A DNA stretch of 40,259 nucleotides, from the NCBI GenBank assembly GCA_004431415.1, contig QPMI01000339.1, positions 1 through 40,259 on the forward strand. The letters run 5' to 3'. A program made the position numbers and the translations under genes. This stretch comes from Cyanophora paradoxa CCMP329 (taxonomy: Eukaryota > Plantae > Glaucophyta). Under the pieces are notes generated by a model. It saw nothing but the letters and a program-made list of their open reading frames with translations, was not told the origin of the DNA and searched no databases. Shown here one piece after another: positions 1 to 11,100 of the stretch. Positions within the stretch are counted from its first letter, which is position 1; every line of letters starts with the position of its first letter.

Positions 1-2185
1 GCAGGGTCATCGTGGGGCGCCTGGACCTCGCCCGCTGCCTCGCGACGGCCGCCCTCGAGTGCCTCGGCGAGCGCCCGCCCCGCCCCGCCGCCCTCCCCTT
101 CCCCGAGCTCGGTCCGCCCCGGCCCCGTGCTGCCTCGCCCTGGCCCCGCCCTCGCCGGGGGCCGACGGGCTGGCGGGCCGGCAGCGCTGCTGTGGCGGGT
201 GAAGCGGATCGTGGACGCCGAGGCGCGTCGGACCCGGGCCGAGCGCCGCCCGCAGACGGCCCCGCCGCCGCTGCTGGCCCGGCGGCCGCGCGGGCGGCGG
301 AGGAGCGGGAGATCGCGGCGGACTGCATCCACGTGCTCTTCGTGTGCGACATGAAGGAGGGCACGGGCACCTCCCGCCTCGAGCGCAACGTCAAGATCGT
401 GCGCGCCGCCGAGCTCGTCCACGACCTCCCCTGGCCGGCCCGCCCCGCCCCGCCCGCGCCCCGGCCTCGCAGCGGGGCCGACGCGCGGGGCGGGGCGCGC
501 AGACGACGACGCGGGTGCGGCTGCTGGGGCACCTGGGGGTGCTGCTGCAGGCGACCTCGCGCCGCCTGCGCTGGCGCTGGCTCCCCGCCGGCGCCGCCCT
601 CCTCTTCGAGCGCGCCCACCGCATCGCCGAGGGCCTGGGCGACGAGGCTCGCACCCCCGCCCCGCCCCGCCGCCGCTGCTCGCCCCGACGCTGCGCAGGC
701 GCGCGCCGCGGTGGCCAACGCCGAGGGCCTCCGCTCCTGCTTCGCCGTCAGGCGCGCCCCGCGCCCCGCGCACCGGCCTGCGCCGGCCTTCGGGCGTGCG
801 GGCGAGCGGGGCGCGGCGCGGCGCAGCTTCGCGGAGGCGGCGGGGTGGATGGAGGAGTCGCTGCGGCTCGCGGGTACGGCGGCTGGAACTGGGACACCGC
901 CCCCGCCCTCATGCACGCCTTCCTCCTCCTCTCCACCGCACGCCCCGCCCCGCCCGCACGCCCGGCCCGGCCCGGGCCGCGCTGAGGCGGGGCAGGGGCG
1001 GCTGGCGGAGGCGGAGGCGCTCGCGGAGGAGCTCGTCCGCTTCTTCCGCCGCACCGCCCTCGACTCGTACGGTCCGCTTCCCGCCCCCGCCCCCTCCCGC
1101 CGGCCGGCCGGGGCCGACGTGGCGCGGGGGCAGAGGGGATGGCGGCGGCACTCGGGGGCATGGCGGCGCTGCTGCGCGGCCGCCTCGACGCCCTCGCCGC
1201 CTTCCTCCGCACCTTCGACCGCGTACGCCCGCCCCGCCCCGCGCCCAGCCCCGGCCCCGCGCCCCGTTCCCGCCGCCTCACGGGCCGCCCCGCAGCACAT
1301 TGAGGCGCGGGGCTTCCTCTTCATGGGACAGGCCCGCTCCCTGCTCGCCGCCGCCGTCGCCTGGCGCGGGGGGGACCCCGCCCCCATGGCCGCGGCATGT
1401 CGCGAGAACATTGCCGCCTGGTGGCTCGAGATCGACAACATGGCATTCTACTCCCTCCGTCCGCCACGCCCCGCCCCGTCGCCGCCGCTGCCGCCGCCCG
1501 CTGAACCGGCCCGCAGACGTCATCGTCCTCGCCCTCGAGTTCGCCCTCTGGAGCGCCGCCCAGGGGCCCATGGCCACCTCCGCCCCCGCCCCCGCCGCCC
1601 CCGCCGCGCCGGCGCCCCTCCGGCCGCGGCGGCGCGCGCGGGGTTGCCTGTGGCCGTGGGGCGGGGGCCGCGGGGCGCACGTGGCGCCGGAGGCGGGGCG
1701 GGAGGGGCCGGGGCGCTGCTGGGGAGATGCGGCGGCTGATGGGCGCCCTCATGCGGCGCCCCGGGGGCATGCCCGTGCTCACGCCCTTCGACGAGATGGC
1801 CGAGGCCGGCGAGCCCGGCACGCCGCCGGCCCGCCGCGCGGCGCTCCTCCGCTCGGCCGGGGAGCGCCTCGCGGCGGCCGGGCTCCGCTCCTTCGCGCCC
1901 CTCGCCCTCCTCCGCCTCGCCCTCGCCGAGCCCGAGCCGGCCGCCGCCGCCGCCGCCCTCGAGGCCGCCCGCCGCGCCGCCCGCGAGGCCGGCCTCCACC
2001 TCCCCGCCCTCCACCGCCCCGACCCCTCGCCCTCGGCCCCGGGCCCGGGCCCGCCCCGCCCCGCCCCGCCTTCGCCTCTCTCGTCGTCTAGCCGTCCCCT
2101 GCGAGCACAGTGGCACGCCCCGCGCCGCTTGCGATCGCACCCCGCGCGCGCATTTCCCTGCTTCCGTTCGCTAATCGAGCTCTAG
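1..2185 (+). CDS. 3' part of a multi-exon gene encoding an alpha-helical/TPR-like protein (5' end outside window; exact stop uncertain, 2091 or 2185)
   Basis: Splicing at G(T/C)NCGC...CAG introns (e.g. 112-184, 438-502, 647-698, 752-826, 938-995) joins amphipathic helical peptides such as EEREIAADCIHVLFVCDMKEG, RVRLLGHLGVLLQATSRRLRW, SFAEAAGWMEESLRLA, GRLAEAEALAEELVRFF and HIEARGFLFMGQARSLLAAAVAW. The pattern resembles TPR-like C-terminal regions of STAND/ATPase-type proteins (inference). A few 1-nt frame slips occur in G/C runs. Confidence 0.6.
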
Positions 2186-3119
2186 GCCCGGAGGAGGCAG
2201 TACAGCAACTAGTTTAATTTCCAGTTTTGTCATCTCCTTGACCGTGAGCAGCACAGTGTCAGCTGCAACGCATTTCTTCTTTCATGTGAACACCCTTCTT
2301 TCATGGCGGATGATGGCGGATGACAGTTCATGTAATTATCTAACCGTGTAACATCGATATCGAGCGTTTTTCTTTTTATTTTTTAGGCCCTCACGATCAA
2401 GATCACCGATATCAGGGCTCCCCGAGTCGGAGGTCCAAAGCCCTCGCACCCTTTTCGAGACGTAAACTCTCTTCTGCAGCTGTAGCCTGCCTGGCAGTAG
2501 CGACGTCTGTGGCCAGCCTACATTTAGTTTGCGTCTGCTCGCGCTTCAATTCGTAAGCTTTTGCTCTAAATTAGATAACACACAGCTTAGTTCGGCGCTC
2601 AATCTTACAAACTTATAAATTAGTCCGGCGCTCAATTACGTATACATACGCTTAGAGAAATTTAAACATGTACATGCAGATCTAGATCTAGAGCAGATCG
2701 ATATCCGGCGCAGCTGCAGCCTGCAGCTGCAGCTCGCATGCATAATATTAATGCCATATCCGGGGGTATGAAGGCGCCCTGCACAGCCCCGGACCCCTGG
2801 CTGCACAGCATCATGCATATGACCCGATCATATGCATGATGCAGCTCGCATTGAAATTGCTTTGCAGCCAATCTAGATCTAAGGCCACTAATTATACAAG
2901 TCAACGTTGAGCCTCGGAGGTCGCATGCATGCGCATGGCTCGCTGGCGGAGGAGCCTCGGCCGCGGATCGGGAACCCGTCGTGTGCCGCGCCCCGGCCCT
3001 CTAGATCTGTTCGCGTGCCGCGCCTCGGCCCATCTAGATCTGTTCCCCCCGCGGTGACGCGGGAGGCGGTGGCGGTGATCAAGATCTAGATCTTGAAAGT
3101 TCATATGAAACCAATGACC

Positions 3120-3708
3120 ACTAAACGAACTCGTGAACTCCGCCGGGCTGTTTTACATCGACGTCGACTTTTGTAAACGATAATTAATCCCATTGATATT
3201 ACACTCGTTACTAGTTGCCAAGTTGATCATGAATTAATCCCATTGATATTACACTCGTTACTAGGATCGGAGCTGCAGCAGACGGCACGCGTTTGCCTTT
3301 GCGTCTGACTTGCGTTCACGAAGGCGTTTGCGATTGCCGCATTGCGCAGCAAGGAAAAACAGCAAGAGCGGTGTGAGGTGTCGCACGCCCCAGTTGCACG
3401 TGTCAGCACGTTGCACGTAATCATAATGACCACAAACACATATATAACTACTAAACTACTTACAAATCAGACCCGTGAACTCTACCAGGCTGTTTTAAAT
3501 CGACTTCTGAAAACGATATTTAATTTCATTGATGTACTATTTACTTGAAAATGCTGCTGTAGCTGCAGCTGACGGCACGCATTTGCAATGGCGTCAAATT
3601 TACGTTTATGACGGCGTTCGCGATTGCGGCGGCTAAACAAAATCCAGAAAGGGCGATATGAAGTGTCACGTGCGCCAGTCGCACGTAACGCCCGCCAGCT
3701 GCACGTTG
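3120..3708. repeat. Degenerate ~340-bp tandem duplication downstream of receptor copy 1, with an internal exact 33-bp duplication
   Basis: 3120-3420 and ~3461-3708 share colinear blocks (cgtgaactc..gctgtttta.atcgac; agctgcagc.gacggcacgc.tttgc; gcgattgc; gtgtc.c..gc.ccagt.gcacgt). AATTAATCCCATTGATATTACACTCGTTACTAG is exact at 3182-3214 and 3232-3264. Confidence 0.75.
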
Positions 3709-3754
3709 CCAGGAGCGCCGGGGCGCGCCCCCCGGCGGCGATAGCGGCTCATGA

Positions 3755-5058
3755 TCAGCGGCGCGGGGAGGCCGGGGGGAGCCAGGGGTCCGGGGCGAGG
3801 ACGCTGACGGTCACCGCCTCGTGGTCCACGTGCGCCCCCTCGCCCGCCCCGCCGCCCGCCCCCGCCGTGAGCGCCGGCGCCCCGGGGGCCGGCGAGAAGG
3901 CCGGCCCCTCCACATCGAGCTCGATGGTGACAGCCGCGGGCGGCTGCGGCAGCATCTCCGCCAGCGTCTGCCGGATCGCCCTGCGCGGCGGCGGCGGCCG
4001 GCGTTAGCGGCGGAGCAGCTCGGTGCGAGCGCGTGAGGCAAGCGCACAGGAAGGTGGGGCGCTGGGAGGAGTTCTTGGAGAGGCAGGCGCGGGCGAGGGG
4101 CCGGAGGGGCTCGGGGACGGCAGCGAAGGAGGAGCGGGGGAAGGGCTGCCCCCGGATGAGGTGCTCGGGGCCGATGGCCGCCCCGCCGTACGGCCGCCGC
4201 CCCGTCGCCATCTCCATCAGGATGATCCCGAACGCCCACACCTGCCCGCCCCCGCCCCCGCGCTCGAGCCCCGCGGCGCGGCGCGGCGCGGCGCGGCGGG
4301 GCGGGGCGGGGGGCGGGGCCGGCGGGGGCGCACGTCGGCCTTGACGGGGTCGTTCTTCGAGTACGTCTCGGGCGGCAGGTAGACCCTGCGCGACGGCGCG
4401 GGCTTAGCGGGGCGGCGCGGGCCGGCGGGGCGGCGCGCGAGAGGGGAGGCGCACAGCGTGCCCCGCAGCGACTTGGCCGTCTCGACGTGCCTCGAGATGC
4501 CTGCGCGGCCCCTCTCAGCCGGCGCCGGAGCCGGTCACGGCGGAGGCGGCGGCCGCGCACCGAAGTCGCCCACGCGCAGCGTCGGGCCCTTGCCGTCGTC
4601 CTGCGGAGCGGTGAGGGGGGGGCGGGCGCTGGCGCGGGCGGGGCGGGCCTTGCGGAAGACGAGGATGTTCTGGGGCTTGAGGTCGCGGTGGGCGACGGGC
4701 CGCGGCAGCTCGTGGTGCAGGTACGCCATCCCTGCGCCCCGGGGCGCCCCCGCTCCAGCCGCCGGCCGCGGGGCGCGCTTTGGGGCGGGGCGGGGGGCAC
4801 CGGCGGCGATCTGGAGGGCGAAGGAGGCGAGGAGGTCGGCGGGGAGGAGGCCGCGGCTCGCGAGCAGCGCCGAGAGCGACATCTCCGCCAGCGGCATCAC
4901 TGCGCCCCGCCCCTCAGCGCGAGCGCGAGCCGGCGGGCGGCGGGCGGCGGGGCGCGCCGATGTAGATCTTGAAGCGGTCCGTGAAGAGCGCCTCGCACCG
5001 CAGCACGTTCGGGTGGTCGCACACCTGCCCCCCCGCCCCCTCGGCCCGCGGCCCGCGG

Positions 5059-5093
<35 letters not shown>

Positions 5094-8000
5094 CTTCTGG
5101 AGGCGGGCGCCGTGGATCTCGCGGGCGGCGACCTGCGGGTCGCTGAGGGAGACCTCCTTCACCGCCCGCTTGATCTCCCCGCCCCCGTCCGCCCCCTCCG
5201 CCCCCCCCGCCCCCTCCGCCGCGTCGCCGTCGCGGAGCCAGGTGGCGGCCCACTCCGGCAGCGCGATCGCGTACACTGCCGCCGGCCCGTCAGCGGGGGC
5301 GGGGCGGGGCGGGGCGGGGGGGGGGAGGACCGCGGCCGAAGGCGCCCTCGCCGAGCATGGCGAGGGGCTCGCGGACGCTCCGGAGGAGGGGCTCGGGGAC
5401 GGGGCGCGGGGGGGCGAGCGTGGCGCGCTGGGCGAGGGTGAGGTCGTTCGCCTCCTCGCCGAGCACGGCGCTCGAGCCGCCGGCCGCCTCCGCGGGGCGC
5501 GCCGCCCCCAGCAGGTCCAGCTCGTCCCCCGTCAGCGCCGGCAGGTCCAGCTGCCCCCGCCCCCTCGTCAGCCCCGCCACGCGGCCGCCAGCGGGCGGGC
5601 CGGCGCACCCAGACGCTGGGGAGGGAGCCGTCGGTGTGCGGGGTGAGCCCCGTGATCGCCTGCAGCAGCGACGCCGACGAGTGGAGCGAGATGAACGGCA
5701 TCTCCGCCGTGTCCGTCGGCGAGCCGGCCCCGAACGCCCGCGCCCGCTGCCGCCGCTTCCAGTACACCCCGAAGCCCACCCCGATCGCGACCACGAGAGC
5801 ACCCGCCGCCGCCGCCGCGCCTATCGCCGCGCCCATCGGCGAGCCGCCACCGCCGCCGCCCGGCGCGCTGGGGGCGGCGGCGGGGGCGGTGGCGGGGAAG
5901 GTTGGCGTGGGGGGCGGCTGGTCGACGAGCGCGACGGGCTGCTCGGGGGCGAGGATGGTCTCGCCGCGGGCGAGGGCCTCGGCGGCGGGGCCCTCGGGCT
6001 GGAGGCCGGGGGCGAAGGTGGCGTTGCCCATGGCGGCGACGGGCCGGTCGTCGAGGCCCGGCATGAGCAGCTCGCCGGCCCGCGTCAGGTTCGCCATCGC
6101 CTCGAGGATGAACGCCGCCGGCAGCTCCACCGCCACCGACTTCGACGCCAGCACCGCCTTCAGCACCTGCCGCGGCCCGTCGGCGGCCCCCGACGGAACC
6201 TTGGCGGGTGAGACGGCCGGCTCGTTTCGCGCACCTGAACGTGAAACAGGATGGAGCCGCATCGGACGCCGGCGATTTGCACGCGCCCCTGCGCCCAGGG
6301 CGGCCGAGGGTCGGGGGCGGGGAGCGGGGGGCGGGGCGGGCGGGGGGACCTCGTCGAGCTCGACGCGGAGCGCTGTGGCGAGGAAGCGGGAGAAGCCCTG
6401 GGAGACGGAGGCGAGGCTCCGCCCCTGCACGTACGCCTCGCACTCCCCCCGCGTCGCCGGCACCGTCAGCCAGAACTCCACCTCCACCGACCCCGCCCCC
6501 GCCGCCGGCGTCGCGCTCGGCGCGGGCGGCGTCGGCGCGGCGGCCGCCGGGGCGGCGCCGAGGGCGTCGGCGTGGGCGCGGGGGAGGCGGCCGGGGGTGC
6601 AATGGGCGGCGAGGGCGAGGGGGTCGGGGCGGCGGCGGGGCGGCGGGGTGGGCAGCGGGGTCGGCTGCTGCGGGGGCGGGAGGAGCTGGAAGGGGACCGC
6701 CGGGAGCTCGCCGTCCGACGGGTAGCCGCAGGCGGCCGCCGCGAGGGGCACCGTGCCTGCGCGATCGCGACCCGACCGTCAGCGGCGCGAGCCGCGCCGC
6801 AGCGCGCGCGGCGACGGGGCGGGAGCGCACCGGCGAGGGAGAGCAGGCGCGACTGCTGCGCTGGCCCCGTCTCGTTCGCCACGCCGAAGAGCATCCTGGC
6901 GCCTCGCGGGGCCCCGTCAGGCGGAGCGGCGCGATCGGCGGGCGGGGCCGGCGCGGGGCGCACGCGGTGCACGAGGAGCAGTCGGCGACGAGGGCGGGCG
7001 AGGCGAGGGCGACGCCGAGGCCGGCGACGTGCTCCGCGGAGGCGTCTGCGCGCCGGCCGCTCAGCCGCGCGGGGCGGGGGCCGGAGCAGGGCCGGGACGG
7101 CGGGGCGGGCCCTTGGGGTCGAGGAAGAGGAGCGTCGCGTTCGCGTCGGCGAGCACCGCGAAGAGGTACCCCTGGCACGCACCCAGGCGGAAGGCCGACG
7201 GCGACGAGCGCGCCACCGCCCCCGCGAGGCGGGCCGCGCGGCCCCCCGCCGCGCTCCAGCCCAGCTCGATCGCGCTGCCCGCGCAGAACGCGTCAGCGCG
7301 GGTCCCCGCTCCGTCTGAGGGCGTCGCGGGGCGGCGGAATGGACGGACTGTATCTCAATCGTGGCGTCCCCATCTTCCGACACGACCGCCACATACCAGG
7401 TCCCGTCTGCCCGGGCGGGGCGTTGGACAAAAAAACTGAAAGCAAGAAGGAAGTGATCGAGCACCGATGCGCGCGCAAGACGGGTTAGGCCGCCGCGGCA
7501 GGTCCACGTTGCCTTGTCGGATGTTGGCGTCAGTGGCCCACACCCGGCCTGACACGTCGTAGCTGGCGGGCGCAGGATGAGTCAGATATGGTGCCTAGAT
7601 CTAGAAACGAGCAAGGTCGACGCGCGCTCATTGTGCAGACCTGATCAGGTCGTTGCGCGCCGCGCCGTTCGACCCCTCGCCGCCGAAGACCTGAGGCGGC
7701 CCGTTCAACCGCAGCTACTTCGAATGAAACGAGCTCGGAGCACCCAGAGTGTGCGATTGAAAACCGTCATGCCTGCGGGTTGAAGAGCAGGTGAGAGTTC
7801 GAGGCGCGCGAGCGGCGGGCTCGGGATGGCGCGCACAGTGGTTCGCGCGGGGGGCGGGCATGGCGGGGAGGTCGACGCGCTCGTCCAGCGAGCTCGAGAG
7901 CGCCCACGCCGCAGCGCTCGCCTCGTCCGTCGTCCCGACGTACCCGCCTGCGCCCCCCCCCCCCCCCCACCCGCTCACGCCCGGCTGGCTGCGGGGCCCC

Positions 8001-8164
8001 GGCAGGCGCTCACCGGTGCAGAAGACGGCCGCCGCGTTGTCCCACGCGCACTGCACCCCGTAGCCTTCGAAGGGGGCCCGTGCCGTGGCCTCCGCCCACG
8101 TTCCTCTCTCTGCGTGCGCGGCGACGCGGTTGGGCGCGGGCAGCGCGGGGGGGAAGGGGGGGAA

Positions 8165-8196
<32 letters not shown>

Positions 8197-11100
8197 ACTG
8201 GGGAGAGGGGCGGGGCGGACCGACGTCGTGAACGAGGATTGCCCCGCCGGCGGCGGCTGCCGCCGAGGCCGGCCGGCGCCCGAGCAGGGCGACCTTGGCG
8301 AACCCGAGCGAGCTGCGGAAGGCGACGACGGCCGAGAAGGCGGCGCCCGGCGCGACGAGAGCGCTCGATAGCGACACGTCGCCGCGCTTCATGAGGAAGA
8401 CGCCTGCCGGCCGCTCGCGATCGGACGGGGCCGGCGCGCGCCCGGAAGGAAGGCACGCCCCAGCAGCGCTCACCGGGGACAGTGGCGGGGGCGGGCGGGG
8501 ACCAGGCCGAGGCCACTCCAGCCGAGGAGAGCAGCCGCGCCGTGCACGAGGCGGGCCAGCTGCCGGCCTCCGACACGGAGACGGGCAGGAGCGCACGGAG
8601 CGGAGGGGAGGCGGCGGTGAAGTTGGCGGCGTACGGGCCGCCGGCCCCCGTGCAGCGCACGTCGGCGAGCTCGACGCTCTGGCCGGCCGCGAAACCAACC
8701 TCCAGCGCCAGCGCCGAGGCGTTCGCTGCAGCGAGCGACGCGATCGCCGGCGCCCCCGGCGCAGCTACCGCGACGGGCGGCGAAAGGTGGAGCCGGTCAG
8801 CCCACGCCAAAAGCTGCTGCATCTAGGAAATACCTGCAGGGATCGATGTCGCCGCGCGGGCTGGAGGCGAGAGCAAGCCCGTCGTGGCTCGCACGGAGAA
8901 CGCGCAGTCGACAGAGTAGCTTCCGCTGTATTGAGGACGCGTCGCAACCAAGAAGCTGAGGCGGCCAGCTGCTCGCTGCAGCGCGCCAACGGGGACGCTC
9001 CCAACATACGTAAATGCTCTGCCGGATTCGTTGCAGCTGTGCTCGAGATAAGCGACGCCCTGCTCCGAGGAGAATGCAGCGTCCGCCTGGAAGCACGTCG
9101 CGTTGATCGCTGTCAGAACGATGTCCGACGGAGTCCACGGATTGGCTGCTCGGGACAACGATAGTCAGAAATCGCGAGATCAAGCGTGGAAAACCCATGG
9201 CAATCGGAAGGGGCAGACCGGCCAAGACGGGGAGCGATGCGCGTACGCCGGGCGTGCTGGGAAGCCCGGTCACTCCCACGGCAGATAACGCGCAGTCGAG
9301 GGTGTAGTTGCCGAGGTACGATGGAGACACAGGCATCAGCACGACGGCGCCGCTCGAATCTGTGTCGGCGACCGCCGGGAGAGCGCGGTAGGGCCCGCCG
9401 ACACCTGAACAACTGACATTGAGCGAAGTCACGTTCTGGCCAGCTCGGAAACTCAAGCGGAACTCAGCGAGCGAAGAATTCAATGCCACGGCCGAGAGAA
9501 GCGCCGGCATATCCGGAGCCGCTGCGAGATAGATTCAAACAAACACTTGAACTAATCGCAATGGGTTTCACGGAGCGCACCTGCTGGCACCGTCACCACG
9601 GCGGCCGCAGTCCACGGCGACGACAGACCCGTCGACGCCCGCACGAGCGCCCTGCAGCTCAGCTCGAAGCTGCCGCTGTACGACGGCATGAGACCGACGC
9701 TGATGTTCAAACCCGACGCCGCAGCGCCCGTCACCGTCGCATTGACCGCGTACGGGCCGCCAGCGCCCAGGCACTGCATTTCGACCGCCGACACGCTTTG
9801 ACCGGGCGTGAACGATACGCGCACCACTGCTTGCGTGGCATTCCAAAACACGACGGCCGTCTCAAGCGGCGCCCATGGCACGGCTGCAGGATGGCATGAG
9901 ATCGCAAGACGCAACCAAGATCAGAGCCTTATTATCAGCCAGAAGGGGTAGCCGCCAGGTGCGCACCAGCTGGAACCGTCACCATGGCGGCCGACGTCCA
10001 CGACGACGGCAGTCCTGACAACGCGTGAACGCGTGTTGCGCAGCTCAGTTCGAAGCTGCCGCTGTACGACGGCACAAGACCGACGGTGATGTTGATGCCC
10101 GATGCTGCAGCATCTGTCGTGGACGCGTTGACAGCATACGGATCCCCGACGCCCGAGCAATAGACTTCCACTGCCGTCACGTTCTGGTCGGGCACGTATG
10201 GCACTCGAATGACGGCCTGTGTCGCGTTTGTTGCGCTGCCAAGGTTGGACAGCGGCGCCCAGGGCACGGCTGCGCAGCCGAGCAAGACGTGCAGCAAGGC
10301 GAATGTGAGCGGTGCAACTGGGAGGAACGCACGCCGCCTCGACAACGCGGAAACCAGCTGAGCGCACCTGCTGGCACCGTCACCACGGCAGCCGACGTCC
10401 ACGGCGATGGCAAACCCGTCGACGCCCGCACGAGCGCTCTGCAGCTCAGCTCGAAGCTGCCGATGTAAGACGGCACCAACCCGATGCTGACGTTCACGCC
10501 CGATGCAGCAGCATCGGTCGTGGACGCGTTGACTGCATACGGCCCGCCGATGACCGAGCTCGAGCAAAAGACTTCCACAGACGTCACGTTCTGGTCGGGC
10601 ATGTATGCCACTCGAATGACGGCCTGTGTAGCGTTTGTTGCGCTGGCGAAATTCGACAGCGGCGCCCAGGGCGCGGCTGCGCAGTCAGGCAGAACGGGCG
10701 ACCAGGCGGATGTGAGCGGAGCAACTGGGGAGGAGGCCTTGAAAACTCGAGCTCAGAATACAGCCGAGCGCACCTGCTGGCACCGTCACCATGGCGGCCG
10801 ACGTCAACGTCGACGACAGACCTGTCGACGCCCGCACGAGCGCCTTGCAGCTCAGCGCAAAGCTGCCGCTGTACGACGGCACGAGACCAACGCTGATGTT
10901 CACGCCCGACGCCGCAGCGTCCGTCACCGTCGCATTGACCGCGTACGGGCCGCCAGCGCCCAGGCACTGCATTTCGACCGCCGACACGCTTTGACCGGGC
11001 GTGAACGACACGCGCACCACTGCTTGCGTGGCATTCCAAAACACGACGGCCGTCTCAAGCGGCGCCCATGGCACGGCTGCAAAAGAGCATGAGATCGCAA

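Noticed and set aside
5059-5090. Long poly-G runs (also ~8166-8195, ~39660-39689) as functional elements
   Set aside because: They lie in introns, differ between paralogues, and their lengths are unreliable in assemblies.
12-8822. Numerous long overlapping Arg/Pro/Gly/Ala-rich ORFs on both strands
   Set aside because: Extreme GC suppresses stop codons. Recognisable motifs jump between frames exactly at splice-like signals, so these are not independent genes.
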